DNA of 64,000 nucleotides from the sequence record LC727701.1; one strand, given 5' to 3'. Both the position numbers and the translations under genes were made by a program. The number at the start of each line of letters is the position of its first letter. The first letter of the stretch is position 1. A model generated the notes under the pieces. The model did no database searches and had not been told where the DNA came from. It was given only the letters and a program-made list of their open reading frames with translations. Below, piece after piece: positions 34,538 to 45,513 of this stretch.

Positions 34538-35734
34538 ATGAAAATTAATGAACTTACAAATACTGATTTATTATTAGAAAACCACACTATTAATAAAATT
34601 GATTGTTTACTAGGATTACTTTATAAACATAACTTCGATAAAGAATTTACATCTAAAATTAATTTTGGTATTCTAACGCAAATGACATATCAGAAGGATG
34701 ATGTCAGTTTCGTAGTGAAGCCTAGCTTTGAACAAGGTTTTATTAATATCACTTTTAGTAATGATACATCATGGAATGTTAATTTTGCACTCATCGATGG
34801 TAAACCTAAATACATTGGTTATACTGATCAAGAAGTGACAATTGAAGAGCCGCATAGCAGGGAATATTACACTCTAACAAGTGAGAGTATTCGGCAATTA
34901 ACAATTCAAGTATTAATTAATACATGGTATCAAGTAAATAATATTCCAAGCGAAGTATACGAGTATCAACATCACTGGAAACTGGATAAAAATATTCTTA
35001 ACGATGATGATATTATTCGATACTATTATCGTTTCATTTTAGCTACCTATTGGGGAATGCCAACACCTGATAGACAAGCTACATTTGAAAAGTGGTTAGA
35101 AAATGACATTGCAAATGGGGAAGGTGATGACACAACTAATAGTCATTTAAAATGGCTATTCAAACAGGATCATTCTAATATTACTGAAACAACTAATGTT
35201 AGAGATGAAATTAATGCATGTAGCATCCACCACATTTATCCGTCAGGCAATATTACGTGTGTTTTAACTGATAATAAGAAACCCACACGTTGGCGAGAAT
35301 ATGTAATGCATGCCTTCTATAAAACCATTGGGTATACTTGGGTTAATCCAATTGAACTATATTGGCATAAAGGTACTTCTGTGGAGTATGTTAGTTTAGA
35401 AACGGTTAATGCCAACCTTTTACTAGCTGCAAATATTTTCACTGTATACAGTAATTGGAATATTACGGAAAATAGCCATACTTCAGATAACTCTGTATCT
35501 ATCCCAGCTATTAACCTATTTTGCATCAATAGTGAAAATAGTCAATATGCAGTATCCTTTAAGAATAAAAATAATAACTCTTATGAATTATTTGATTCAT
35601 TATCCTTAAGTGGAAATCAAATAATTTCATACACTGAAACCGCTATTGAGAAATCTAATTGTTCTGGTCCATTGAAATTTGTAAGTGATCACGTTATCAA
35701 GTTTATTTGTAAGGAACTAACAACGTGTCGATGA
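34538..35734 (+). CDS. Hypothetical protein
   Basis: 398 aa, GAGG RBS. Confidence 0.75.
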   Translation: MKINELTNTDLLLENHTINKIDCLLGLLYKHNFDKEFTSKINFGILTQMTYQKDDVSFVVKPSFEQGFINITFSNDTSWNVNFALIDGKPKYIGYTDQEVTIEEPHSREYYTLTSESIRQLTIQVLINTWYQVNNIPSEVYEYQHHWKLDKNILNDDDIIRYYYRFILATYWGMPTPDRQATFEKWLENDIANGEGDDTTNSHLKWLFKQDHSNITETTNVRDEINACSIHHIYPSGNITCVLTDNKKPTRWREYVMHAFYKTIGYTWVNPIELYWHKGTSVEYVSLETVNANLLLAANIFTVYSNWNITENSHTSDNSVSIPAINLFCINSENSQYAVSFKNKNNNSYELFDSLSLSGNQIISYTETAIEKSNCSGPLKFVSDHVIKFICKELTTCR

Positions 35735-36087
35735 AGAATGAAATTGATAGTTTAACTAAAATTATTAATGATTTATTAAAAGAGCACTTTACTAATCGTA
35801 AAGAATTTATTACGAAGATTGGTAATAAACGTATAGTCGTTCCGGGTGCTCTAGTTTTCTTCAAAAAGTTACGTGGAGAGATTACTGCTAAGGTTTATGC
35901 AAAGCGTAAAGTAGATGGTGGCTATCATGAGCCAGCTATTAGCACCGTATGCGTTAGTAATACAAATGTATCATGGGGTGGATTCAGTGGTACCCCGCGT
36001 AAGGAAATTAAAGATAGTTTAACTATTTTTACTTATGTGGCTATTTACGATGCTCTGAAAAATTTATGTAATGATCAATCTAGCTAA
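35725..36087 (+). CDS. Hypothetical basic protein
   Basis: 120 aa, AAGGA RBS. Confidence 0.7.
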   Translation: MSMKNEIDSLTKIINDLLKEHFTNRKEFITKIGNKRIVVPGALVFFKKLRGEITAKVYAKRKVDGGYHEPAISTVCVSNTNVSWGGFSGTPRKEIKDSLTIFTYVAIYDALKNLCNDQSS

Positions 36088-36105
36088 TGTTACTTAACAG
36101 CATAA

Positions 36106-36126
36106 GCCCTCCCATTGCGGGAGGGC
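36106..36126. terminator. Bidirectional terminator
   Basis: GCCCTCCC-ATTGC-GGGAGGGC. Confidence 0.75.
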
Positions 36127-36133
36127 ATTATGT

Positions 36134-37408
36134 TTATTTTGTTTTTGTATAGTAATTCTTAGTCATAGCACGTAGAATTAAATACAACATCAACCCAGTC
36201 CTAGTTGCTGCGATATATGCAGGTACCCTAGAATTAGTCGCATCCCTAACTAACTTCTCACCTTCTTCACGCATGAAAATAACTTGAGCATTTTCTGTTT
36301 TAGATGCCATTATCTTTGCTCGTATTTTTACAAGCAATGTTTGTAGATCATTATTTCTAGCAACAATTGTACGGAGTGATTGCATATAATCGAAAGCATA
36401 CAATAAGCACTCATCTACGAGTTTCTCAAGCTTTTGTGCTCTAGGTTGACCGATGTTACGGGAAAGGTGTCTAAGCGTTGCCATGAACATTTCTGGAGGC
36501 ATTGTGGGCATTATCTTTTCAATAATACCGACTAGCTCAGGTCTAATGAAATTTTGTTCTTGTTGCGCAACTTGATGGATATAAGTAAGATATGAGCGAT
36601 ACCCAGTAGACTTATCGCGTAGAATCTGCTCACCATCAGAATTAACAGCCATATCCGATGAAATAACTAATTTACCACCTGATTGCAGTGTTCTGATATA
36701 AACATCATAGTACTTGTTGATTAATTCACGTAGACGTGTTTGAGTATCAGATACCACACGACCAGACCAATAATCCAGTTCTTGTGTTTTACCAGTTAAG
36801 AAAGGTGCATAAATAGAATCAGGTGCAATGATACCTTCAGCCCGTTGCCTAAATAGTTTCTCCCATGACCCAATTGTCTTAATGTCAAATCGATAATTGA
36901 GTGCGGCGAATGCAGCTTCGGCTACTTCTTTACGTGCAGGATATTTAAAGCGTGGTACAAGTAAAGATGTTAGATATTTAAAATGCAACACCATGAAACA
37001 ACTAACCATTGCTTCATGTCTAATATTCAAAGGAACATTAGTTGTTTTTAAAAGCCTAGAACAAATATAGGCAGGAAGATGATTGAATACATCTGACATT
37101 ACACGATGGTTAGGGTCAATGAATTCAACTGTCTTAAAATCTTGGACTAACAGAGCTTCATCAATTCGTAAAACATCATCATACCAAATCTCACGATCCG
37201 TATCGAAGAATTTAACTTGTTGTACACCTAGTAATACACCACCAAAGAAAGCAGAGTGATCAGCATTCCTATTCATAAAACTGATAGTAAAGTCAATAAT
37301 TCTTTTACATAAATCGCGATCAAATTGAACATCCTTAAAATTTCTATCAAGGACTTCTTTAATAGTTGCCATTGGGAAAACCTCCTGGAGAATCAAATCA
37401 TAAGTCAT
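36134..37408 (-). CDS. Conserved virion structural protein (gp32-like)
   Basis: 424 aa; synteny. Confidence 0.7.
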   Translation of the reverse strand: MTYDLILQEVFPMATIKEVLDRNFKDVQFDRDLCKRIIDFTISFMNRNADHSAFFGGVLLGVQQVKFFDTDREIWYDDVLRIDEALLVQDFKTVEFIDPNHRVMSDVFNHLPAYICSRLLKTTNVPLNIRHEAMVSCFMVLHFKYLTSLLVPRFKYPARKEVAEAAFAALNYRFDIKTIGSWEKLFRQRAEGIIAPDSIYAPFLTGKTQELDYWSGRVVSDTQTRLRELINKYYDVYIRTLQSGGKLVISSDMAVNSDGEQILRDKSTGYRSYLTYIHQVAQQEQNFIRPELVGIIEKIMPTMPPEMFMATLRHLSRNIGQPRAQKLEKLVDECLLYAFDYMQSLRTIVARNNDLQTLLVKIRAKIMASKTENAQVIFMREEGEKLVRDATNSRVPAYIAATRTGLMLYLILRAMTKNYYTKTK

Positions 37409-37462
37409 AAAAGTACTTATGTTATTTATTCCATGTAATTACATAAATTAGAGGATAATAAA

Positions 37463-38332
37463 ATGGTTTATAAAATGATTAGTTTATTAAACCTAGCTAA
37501 CCCTAGTTTAATTCAGCAATTAAGTCAATCGGTATCTAATGAAAAAGATCTAGAAAATCTTAGAACTAGTGGTTGGCTAAAAGATGATCTTAACAATAAT
37601 GTGTTTTTCATTTATTCTGAAACATCTTCCGATATTCTAGCTAGTCTAAGGATTAATTTAACTATTGACCCATGGATAGATAGTGATAGTCCCTATCAGA
37701 AACTAGATGTTGGTCAAGTTAGTCGATACATGACAACTGCACTTGCTTGTACTAATAATGATTATGAAGTTAATGTTATTAAAACTATTTCTAAATTATT
37801 ATTATCATTTATTAATAATCAGATATGTTCAGTTAATAATATTAAGTTTAACAATAGTGGTAATGAAACTCAACTATCAGTTGGATTAATACATAATTCT
37901 TATACCCTGGACATAGATTTAAATATTGGAATGAAATCATTTATTGATAATAAAACTATTATTGATAAATATAAATTATTTGAAACATCGTTAAGTAAAA
38001 CTAAGAATGAATTTAATTTTTCTATAGTCACTGATGACAAAGTTAATAAAGTTGCATCCATATACAAGACCGCATCTACATGTGAATATGATGATGCAAT
38101 TCTATTTAACAAAGATTCGCTAGTAAGTATAAAACCATTTATTGATGGTCATTCACTTATTACTACTGATCTTATTGAATCACTTATCGAAGAAATTCAA
38201 AATAAAGAAACTAAAAAATTAAAGTTAATCAAAGTTATGTGTTCCAACCATTATCAGAGAACTCATGGAGATTTAATCACAATTGTCTTATGCAGCCCTG
38301 TTAATATTTGGTCCATAACTATCTATGTATAG
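37463..38332 (+). CDS. Hypothetical protein
   Basis: 289 aa, GAGG RBS. Confidence 0.7.
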   Translation: MVYKMISLLNLANPSLIQQLSQSVSNEKDLENLRTSGWLKDDLNNNVFFIYSETSSDILASLRINLTIDPWIDSDSPYQKLDVGQVSRYMTTALACTNNDYEVNVIKTISKLLLSFINNQICSVNNIKFNNSGNETQLSVGLIHNSYTLDIDLNIGMKSFIDNKTIIDKYKLFETSLSKTKNEFNFSIVTDDKVNKVASIYKTASTCEYDDAILFNKDSLVSIKPFIDGHSLITTDLIESLIEEIQNKETKKLKLIKVMCSNHYQRTHGDLITIVLCSPVNIWSITIYV

Positions 38333-38339
38333 GTAACAT

Positions 38340-38543
38340 ATGGATTTAAATCCTCATGACATCGATAATCAAGCAATATTTAATTATTTAGAAATGTTGC
38401 CATCTACTTTTAAGATAACTGAATCTACTTTTGTTGCTGCTGATTTTGATAGTAATGGCGATGTCATCATACAACTAGAGCAATCATTAATTTATACTGG
38501 TTGCTCTTTATCTAAATTTAATGCGTGTTTTAACACTATGTAA
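38340..38543 (+). CDS. Small hypothetical protein
   Basis: 67 aa, AGGT RBS. Confidence 0.55.
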   Translation: MDLNPHDIDNQAIFNYLEMLPSTFKITESTFVAADFDSNGDVIIQLEQSLIYTGCSLSKFNACFNTM

Positions 38544-38550
38544 ATATAAT

Positions 38551-38572
38551 GCCCTCTCCTTATGGAGAGGGC
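38551..38572 (+). terminator. Terminator
   Basis: GCCCTCTCC-TTAT-GGAGAGGGC. Confidence 0.7.
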
Positions 38573-38629
38573 TTATGATGTATTTTCTCTTTTATCATCT
38601 GTAGTACAATAACTCAAATATAATTGTAG

Positions 38630-39409
<780 letters not shown>

Positions 39410-39418
39410 GGTACAACC

Positions 39419-40234
39419 ATGGCTAAACGAAAAGCTCGCGCAGTAAGTGCACCAGTAACATTATCAGAAATTAGTGAAATCCCTAATGAAGTAACTAATG
39501 CAGAGGATAGTGTCAATGAACTTGAAACCACTCCTACTGAAATTGTTTCTACTGAATCAAGTGAAAATGAAAATACCACTGCCGATTCAGAAAGCACAGC
39601 CGCAACTGACTCGACAACAGATGAAGAATCAGAAGACACGTCTTCTACTGAAGCAAATGGAGATGGGGAATCAGAAGAGCCCGATCTATCGGAGAATCAG
39701 GAAGATCCGAAGGAGCCTATAGAAACGCCTGAGGAGCCCGTTGAAGATGATGATGGTTCAGGTGACCCTGATGGTGGCACATCTGAAGAAAAGCCAACAG
39801 AAGGCGATCCAGAGGATCCTGAAGAGCCAACTGAACCTACTGACCCTGAAGAACCCACTGATCCAGTTGATCCGGTGGAACCACCGCCTGAAGAACCTAA
39901 AGCATTCCAATTAAACCTAGCTACAGTGAAATCACAGTTTGGTGATTTACCAACGTATTGGGCTATTGAGTTAATTAAACGTTATTTCAGTGCGCCACCT
40001 GCTATCTATATCCCAGATGTAGTCGATAACCCTGATTTCAAAATAATGGTTCAACAGGTAAAATTCTTTGGTAATGGTCTACGTCCGATATATAACTCTA
40101 AGAACATGATTACTTTCACCACTATGTTAGAAGGTGCAAGTGAAGCAACAATCTTAGAGGATATGAAGAAACAACAACCGGCATTACTAAGTTTATTACC
40201 TTGGTATGATCCAAACGCTGAAATAGATAAATGA
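39419..40234 (+). CDS. gp35-like protein with long acidic disordered region and PEEP/TDP repeats; probable capsid decoration protein
   Basis: Low-complexity E/D/S/T/P N-terminal two thirds, compact C-terminal domain; function from synteny only. Confidence 0.6.
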   Translation: MAKRKARAVSAPVTLSEISEIPNEVTNAEDSVNELETTPTEIVSTESSENENTTADSESTAATDSTTDEESEDTSSTEANGDGESEEPDLSENQEDPKEPIETPEEPVEDDDGSGDPDGGTSEEKPTEGDPEDPEEPTEPTDPEEPTDPVDPVEPPPEEPKAFQLNLATVKSQFGDLPTYWAIELIKRYFSAPPAIYIPDVVDNPDFKIMVQQVKFFGNGLRPIYNSKNMITFTTMLEGASEATILEDMKKQQPALLSLLPWYDPNAEIDK

Positions 40235-40241
40235 ACATATT

Positions 40242-40259
40242 GCCTCCCCTAGGGGAGGC
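40242..40259 (+). terminator. Terminator
   Basis: GCCTCCCC-TA-GGGGAGGC-TTT. Confidence 0.7.
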
Positions 40260-40289
40260 TTTATGCTGAGTTAAAAAAAGTTTAAGATC

Positions 40290-40297
40290 TATATTAC
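40290..40297 (+). promoter_or_regulatory. Early promoter TATATTAC
   Basis: AAAAAAAGTTTAAGATC-TATATTAC. Confidence 0.75.
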
Positions 40298-40337
40298 ATA
40301 TTTGCAATAATAAACAATATTCAAATAGGTATCTATA

Positions 40338-41150
40338 ATGACTGAATCAACTACTTTTAGTTTTACCCCTAATCCACATCTAAAAGAAATATACGATAAT
40401 TTTAAAAATAAATATCCTAAAAACAGTGTAATCTACGGTTGGATAAATAAAGAAAATAATAAATGGGGAATTACCGGTAATACGAAATATAATTCAATTA
40501 CAGGTACTGGCCATAATGTTCAATACATTAATCATCTAATTTCTAGACTACTAGAAGAAGAACAGCATTTTGAGAATACACGTATTGAAAGAGCATGGCT
40601 TAATTTAATTGAGTCATATGAAGACAGTTATAAAAGCGATGTATCTCACTATACTAATCTGCCATTAAAAGCCACCTTACCAATTGGTAAGCTCAATGTA
40701 TTTCAAATCGGAAGAGCACACTCAGATGAACTAGGCATGATTACACTAAAATCTGCCAATGTATCAGAAATCATTATTGAGTCTAAATCAGCTCTTGATG
40801 AAGCTCTTAATTCTATTGATTGCATTATTCATGAAAACATTAAAACTGATTTTAAAGTACTCATGCATGAATTTTATAAAAATGAACCATATAGGCCTGA
40901 TTGGTTAAAAGAAAATGGTACATGCAAATTTATTCAATCAACCTTTAACATTGGTTCATCATTTGATTTAATTTACTATGGATGGAAGTGGGAAGGTGTA
41001 ACCAGCAAAACAAGTGATCGAGATGCAGCTGATATGCTGTATTCTGGTATTATTATTAATACATCAAAATTAGTTAATGATCCAGATAATGAACCGTTAT
41101 TTGAACAATTAGTTAATGTATGTGAAGTATCAACTGCTAAAGTAAAATAA
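40338..41150 (+). CDS. Early hypothetical protein (gp36-like)
   Basis: 270 aa. Confidence 0.75.
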   Translation: MTESTTFSFTPNPHLKEIYDNFKNKYPKNSVIYGWINKENNKWGITGNTKYNSITGTGHNVQYINHLISRLLEEEQHFENTRIERAWLNLIESYEDSYKSDVSHYTNLPLKATLPIGKLNVFQIGRAHSDELGMITLKSANVSEIIIESKSALDEALNSIDCIIHENIKTDFKVLMHEFYKNEPYRPDWLKENGTCKFIQSTFNIGSSFDLIYYGWKWEGVTSKTSDRDAADMLYSGIIINTSKLVNDPDNEPLFEQLVNVCEVSTAKVK

Positions 41151-41186
41151 GTGTATTATTTTTAATAAATGAAGAGGTTAGAAAAA

Positions 41187-42008
41187 ATGACTCAATTTAA
41201 CATCACCTGGGAAGAACAACTCCAAGCCCTATCTAAGCTAGATGGTTTACATCATCCACATAAATTAGAGGATATCTCTGTTCATTGGATTTTTAATCCA
41301 GTAGATATTTCAGTTTTTGTTACATGTGCGACCATGAGTAGTCATAACACCCACTATACTTTTAAACCGCAGTCAAGTCCAGATGATGCCATGGTGCGAG
41401 AATATGTACTATCTCGCATTATTGCCGATAATCTGAAATATGTTGATAATTTATATCTAGCGGCTGGTGCCGTTATTTGCGGTAATGACGAATACATTAG
41501 TGATGGTAATGTGATTGGAATTCATATCGCTGACGGCGTAGGAGGTAACAAGCTTATTCTACCAGTCATTGAATTTATGCCAGGCGTTCATGTTGATGAT
41601 ATCAGTGATGAACTAATCGAGTCGTCATCTTATCAAGGTATTTTCAAAACAGATAACCTTGAAGAGTTTGAATTCCTTGTTGATAAGAAGAATGCAATTA
41701 ATGTAAAAGAATTAATTCTAGCCCATACTGATTATTTCGCTAATAAGCTGGCCTTTAAAGATCCAGCTGAACCAGCTGTAGAAATGTATCAGTTTATTGA
41801 TCGGACTGAAGTATATTTTAGTTTCGAAGGATGTCATTCAGATGTTGAAGAAGTTCTATTTACTATTAAGATCACACGTTATAATCAACCGCTCAATTCA
41901 ACCGCGATGCAAGTATTTTTGAAAAACCCGCTATTACCGCACATCCGGACCATCGTCCGGCAGGCCAATCCGACGCAACGGACGCGCGGTGTACTATTTA
42001 ATTTTTGA
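41187..42008 (+). CDS. dip: Degradosome-interacting protein (RNase E inhibitor, gp37-like)
   Basis: MTQFNITWEEQLQALSKLDGLHHPHKLEDISVHW N-terminus recognised; two genes before PhuZ. Confidence 0.85.
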   Translation: MTQFNITWEEQLQALSKLDGLHHPHKLEDISVHWIFNPVDISVFVTCATMSSHNTHYTFKPQSSPDDAMVREYVLSRIIADNLKYVDNLYLAAGAVICGNDEYISDGNVIGIHIADGVGGNKLILPVIEFMPGVHVDDISDELIESSSYQGIFKTDNLEEFEFLVDKKNAINVKELILAHTDYFANKLAFKDPAEPAVEMYQFIDRTEVYFSFEGCHSDVEEVLFTIKITRYNQPLNSTAMQVFLKNPLLPHIRTIVRQANPTQRTRGVLFNF

Positions 42009-42255
42009 GAAATTCATTACTTTAATAGACTGTATTTCTCTTATTTATCTCTTTTCTTCTAAAAAGAAAATTATATAAATAGTATATTATGTGGGGGGGA
42101 CCCTTTGGGGGGGTCCCATATAATATTCCTTATTATTAGAGAAGGGGTATAACCCATCCTTAGTTCGAGAATCTATTACTTTTAGTAATAAGGGATTGGC
42201 TATAAAAAGCCAATACCGTTTAATTTGAAAATAGAAAAATTGGAAAAAATGAAAA

Positions 42256-42768
42256 ATGACTGAACAGAAAGATTACACTCTAGTACGTACTCCACTAACT
42301 CATGATGAACTAAAGAAAGCATTTAAAGAAGATAACATTCATGCATCTGATGTTCAACTAGATAGGTTAGTTAAGTTATCTGAAGAAGTATGCAGTGTTA
42401 AAGGTAATTATAACATTCGTCCTTTAGCTAACACAAAAGGTATGGTATTTGAATTCACTAACAAAGATGGTGAGATCATTGCATTAATTCCTTTTGATAT
42501 TTCTAAAGAACGTAAAAATGCCAAAATCCCAAAAACGAAATGGCTTACTGAACTTCTAAGTATTTACCGTTATAAAGTCAGTAAGATTGAAGTTAAGAAT
42601 GTACTAAACATGATTATTGATTGTGTTAAGTCCGGTGGCACTTGGCAAACCTATATGTGTCGAGATAAGCTTGCAATTGAATTTAAATCAGATATTGGTA
42701 AAGTGGTTAATGAATTAATTGTTCATCAAGAACGAACTCATGAAGAGATCGTTACTTTTAAGCACTAA
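42256..42768 (+). CDS. Hypothetical protein (gp38-like)
   Basis: 170 aa. Confidence 0.75.
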   Translation: MTEQKDYTLVRTPLTHDELKKAFKEDNIHASDVQLDRLVKLSEEVCSVKGNYNIRPLANTKGMVFEFTNKDGEIIALIPFDISKERKNAKIPKTKWLTELLSIYRYKVSKIEVKNVLNMIIDCVKSGGTWQTYMCRDKLAIEFKSDIGKVVNELIVHQERTHEEIVTFKH

Positions 42769-42818
42769 TACCATTTACAAGTTGGTATATGAATTTATAT
42801 TAAACACAATGAGGTGTA

Positions 42819-43802
42819 ATGATGTCTAAAGTAAAAACTCGAATTTACTTTTGTGGTGGTGCTGGTTTCCGTATTGGTGAACTATTCCATGGTTATCATG
42901 AGGATGTTTGCTACATTGATACCAGTGTACAAAATAAACACAAACATAATACTGATGATAATACGATCATTATTGAAGCGGATACTAAGCTAGCTGACCA
43001 GACCGCACGTAAACGGGCTATCGGTATGGGTAAAGATCGTAAGGCAGCCGCAGAACTAATCTCTTCACACATTCCTGCCATTGCCCATCATTTCCCAGCA
43101 GGGGATGCTAACATTGTAGTGTATTCAATGGGTGGCGCTTCTGGTTCAACTATTGGTCCTTCCCTTGTTAGTCATCTACAACAACAAGGTGAAGTAGTTG
43201 TAAGTGTAGTCATTGGATCTTACGACAGTGATATTAGTCTTCGAAATAGTAGTGGTAGCCTTAAGACGTTTGAAGGGGTTTCCTCTGTTAGTAAAGTTCC
43301 GATGATTATTAACTACCATGAGAATGTTGAAGGTGTACCGCAGTCAATGGTGAACCAAAACATTCTTGAAGTGCTAGATGCACTAGTAACTCTATTTAAT
43401 CAAGAACACCAAAGTCTTGATCTAATGGATATCACTAACTGGGCACACTTCCATAAACACCATGATGTACCTGTACAGACTGTCCAATTACACGTGTGTT
43501 TTGATCGTCAAGAAGCCCAGGCTATTCTGGATCCAATTTCTATTGCTTCACTATACACTGACCCTGATCGCGAAGTATCCATTAACACTGTTTTAACTCG
43601 TACTACTGGTTATGCTGATCCCGAGAAATATGATTTCGATCAAATGCATTTTGTGATCACTAGTCTATCTGTTGAAGATATTCGAAAACGATTAGAAGAA
43701 CGTCGTGAAATGATGAATCGAGCCAAAGCTAATATGCGTAAGCGTCAGTCTACTCTAGATGTGGATGACCAAGCGACTAGTAGTGGTCTTGTATTCGATT
43801 AA
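42819..43802 (+). CDS. phuZ: Phage tubulin
   Basis: CGGAG, YIDTS, GMGKD, GGASGST tubulin-type motif, C-terminal LDVDD tail. Confidence 0.95.
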   Translation: MMSKVKTRIYFCGGAGFRIGELFHGYHEDVCYIDTSVQNKHKHNTDDNTIIIEADTKLADQTARKRAIGMGKDRKAAAELISSHIPAIAHHFPAGDANIVVYSMGGASGSTIGPSLVSHLQQQGEVVVSVVIGSYDSDISLRNSSGSLKTFEGVSSVSKVPMIINYHENVEGVPQSMVNQNILEVLDALVTLFNQEHQSLDLMDITNWAHFHKHHDVPVQTVQLHVCFDRQEAQAILDPISIASLYTDPDREVSINTVLTRTTGYADPEKYDFDQMHFVITSLSVEDIRKRLEERREMMNRAKANMRKRQSTLDVDDQATSSGLVFD

Positions 43803-43809
43803 TATAACT

Positions 43810-43827
43810 GGAGCCCTTCGGGGCTCC
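43810..43827 (+). terminator. Terminator
   Basis: GGAGCCC-TTCG-GGGCTCC-TTTT. Confidence 0.9.
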
Positions 43828-43855
43828 TTTTATTTTTTTTGTAACGAGGTGTAAT

Positions 43856-44338
43856 ATGAAGCCAGTAAATACAGTTACTTATATTCCTTTACATGTAGCT
43901 GAATCATTTTATTCCCCTAGAAATATGATCTGTCTACTGGAGAAAGGTAGAGTCCCACTTTATTCAGCAAGACATCTTAATTATTTACGTATCAATGTTG
44001 ATGACATTGAGGATTATGTTGATTCTTCTTATGATCTATTTGATCATCGTCATGCACAACGTATTATTTCTTTCTGTGAAGCTCTTGGTAAGGATCAACA
44101 CCTATTTGTACACTGTGAGGCAGGTATTAGCCGATCGGCTGCTGTAGCTAAGTTTCTGTGCGATAAAATGGGATTCATTCATGTACCGCATAATCCATCT
44201 TTATTTAATTTTGATGGTTACAATGGTCACATTTATGGAGTTTTATGTAATGCTAAAGCAGGGAAGCTTTATTATGACGATAGAGCCGATGGTATTTTTA
44301 TGGGTAAAGTAAATCAGAATTTTGCAGATATTAAATAA
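43856..44338 (+). CDS. CX5R (PTP/dual-specificity) phosphatase
   Basis: VHCEAGISRSAAVA active-site loop. Confidence 0.85.
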   Translation: MKPVNTVTYIPLHVAESFYSPRNMICLLEKGRVPLYSARHLNYLRINVDDIEDYVDSSYDLFDHRHAQRIISFCEALGKDQHLFVHCEAGISRSAAVAKFLCDKMGFIHVPHNPSLFNFDGYNGHIYGVLCNAKAGKLYYDDRADGIFMGKVNQNFADIK

Positions 44339-44377
44339 CTAGCGATAATTAATAATCTGTATATTAGGAGATAACCG

Positions 44378-44851
44378 ATGGCAAAGAACACTGCTAAAAA
44401 GCTCGACGAGCAAATGGCAGCTGAACTTGATCTGACGTTATCTCCGTTTACTATGGTTCTGAAACACGTAGTTCGTCTCCCCAACATAGTTGAGGGATTT
44501 ATCTTTGTAATGGTTAAGGATGGAATTATTAGCTATGATCGGGTAGACAAATGGGCTGAAGTAAACGGGATGCGTTTGCGAGTTCCTCGTTTCAAATCGC
44601 ATTCGGTTATTGAGAAGCGGTTAAACGATAAGCTGTATAGACGTTGGTATGTTTGGGGGAATGGTATTTTATATCCATTGCAAACATCCAAGGTTGAAGA
44701 TTTAAAAGATAATTTCTATTTCAAGATTGACAGTAACCCCCACTGTTGTACCATCCACATTCCAAATATAGATGCAGACAGTATACGAAATAATACATTA
44801 CCATTTTTCGAAAGAGTCCACCCTGGATGGGGTGTTATATTAACTAATTGA
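44378..44851 (+). CDS. Hypothetical protein
   Basis: 157 aa, AGGAG RBS. Confidence 0.75.
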   Translation: MAKNTAKKLDEQMAAELDLTLSPFTMVLKHVVRLPNIVEGFIFVMVKDGIISYDRVDKWAEVNGMRLRVPRFKSHSVIEKRLNDKLYRRWYVWGNGILYPLQTSKVEDLKDNFYFKIDSNPHCCTIHIPNIDADSIRNNTLPFFERVHPGWGVILTN

Positions 44852-44862
44852 GATTTACGTAT

Positions 44863-45180
44863 ATGCTATTATTGATTGATTATCCTGAGGTTAAGGAACT
44901 GGCAGATTATGTAATGTCTGAATTTGAACAATATCCTAAATTAGTTAGTGGTTCTATTCTTTCACTTGAACACCACACTAAAGGATCATTTGATTTTATC
45001 TGGAGATATGACGGATGTGTTGATATTAGATATAAAAATCATATCTGTGGGACTATTACATTTATGGGTTCATATCCAACTTATTTAACTTATAAAAATG
45101 TTATTACCATCAATGTCCAAGATATGATTATTTCATTAACAGATATCGAGAAATCATTATGTCAACAGTTGCTCAGTTAA
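44863..45180 (+). CDS. Hypothetical protein
   Basis: Likely ATG 44863. Confidence 0.6.
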   Translation: MLLLIDYPEVKELADYVMSEFEQYPKLVSGSILSLEHHTKGSFDFIWRYDGCVDIRYKNHICGTITFMGSYPTYLTYKNVITINVQDMIISLTDIEKSLCQQLLS

Positions 45181-45446
45181 GTATTTATGTAAAACAGTTT
45201 GTTCGTCTTAATCTTAAAGATGAGGATGTTATTTTAGCCGATGGCGAGAAATGGAATATTTTTGTTTTAAATAAAAATAAACTATTGATCCGTGATAGTG
45301 ATCGAATAGCAGTTACAACTATCGATTATGATTCATTCGGTAAGATTATTAAGATTGATCATTCTGATTTTGTCAATAGTTCCATGGCAACTGATAAGGC
45401 ATATGAGGTATTAAAAACATATATAGCTCATCGCTATGGGGTTTAA
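45159..45446 (+). CDS. Hypothetical protein
   Basis: 95 aa. Confidence 0.6.
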   Translation: MSTVAQLSIYVKQFVRLNLKDEDVILADGEKWNIFVLNKNKLLIRDSDRIAVTTIDYDSFGKIIKIDHSDFVNSSMATDKAYEVLKTYIAHRYGV

Positions 45447-45471
45447 TAAATATTTAAATACATTTAAAGGC

Positions 45472-45479
45472 TATATTAC
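45472..45479 (+). promoter_or_regulatory. Early promoter TATATTAC
   Basis: ATTTAAATACATTTAAAGGC-TATATTAC. Confidence 0.7.
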
Positions 45480-45513
45480 AAACATGATAATAATCCATGT
45501 TAAAGGAATAATC

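Noticed and set aside
42093-42117. Intramolecular G-quadruplex
   Set aside because: Only two G runs, and a competing Watson-Crick stem; kept only as an unusual element
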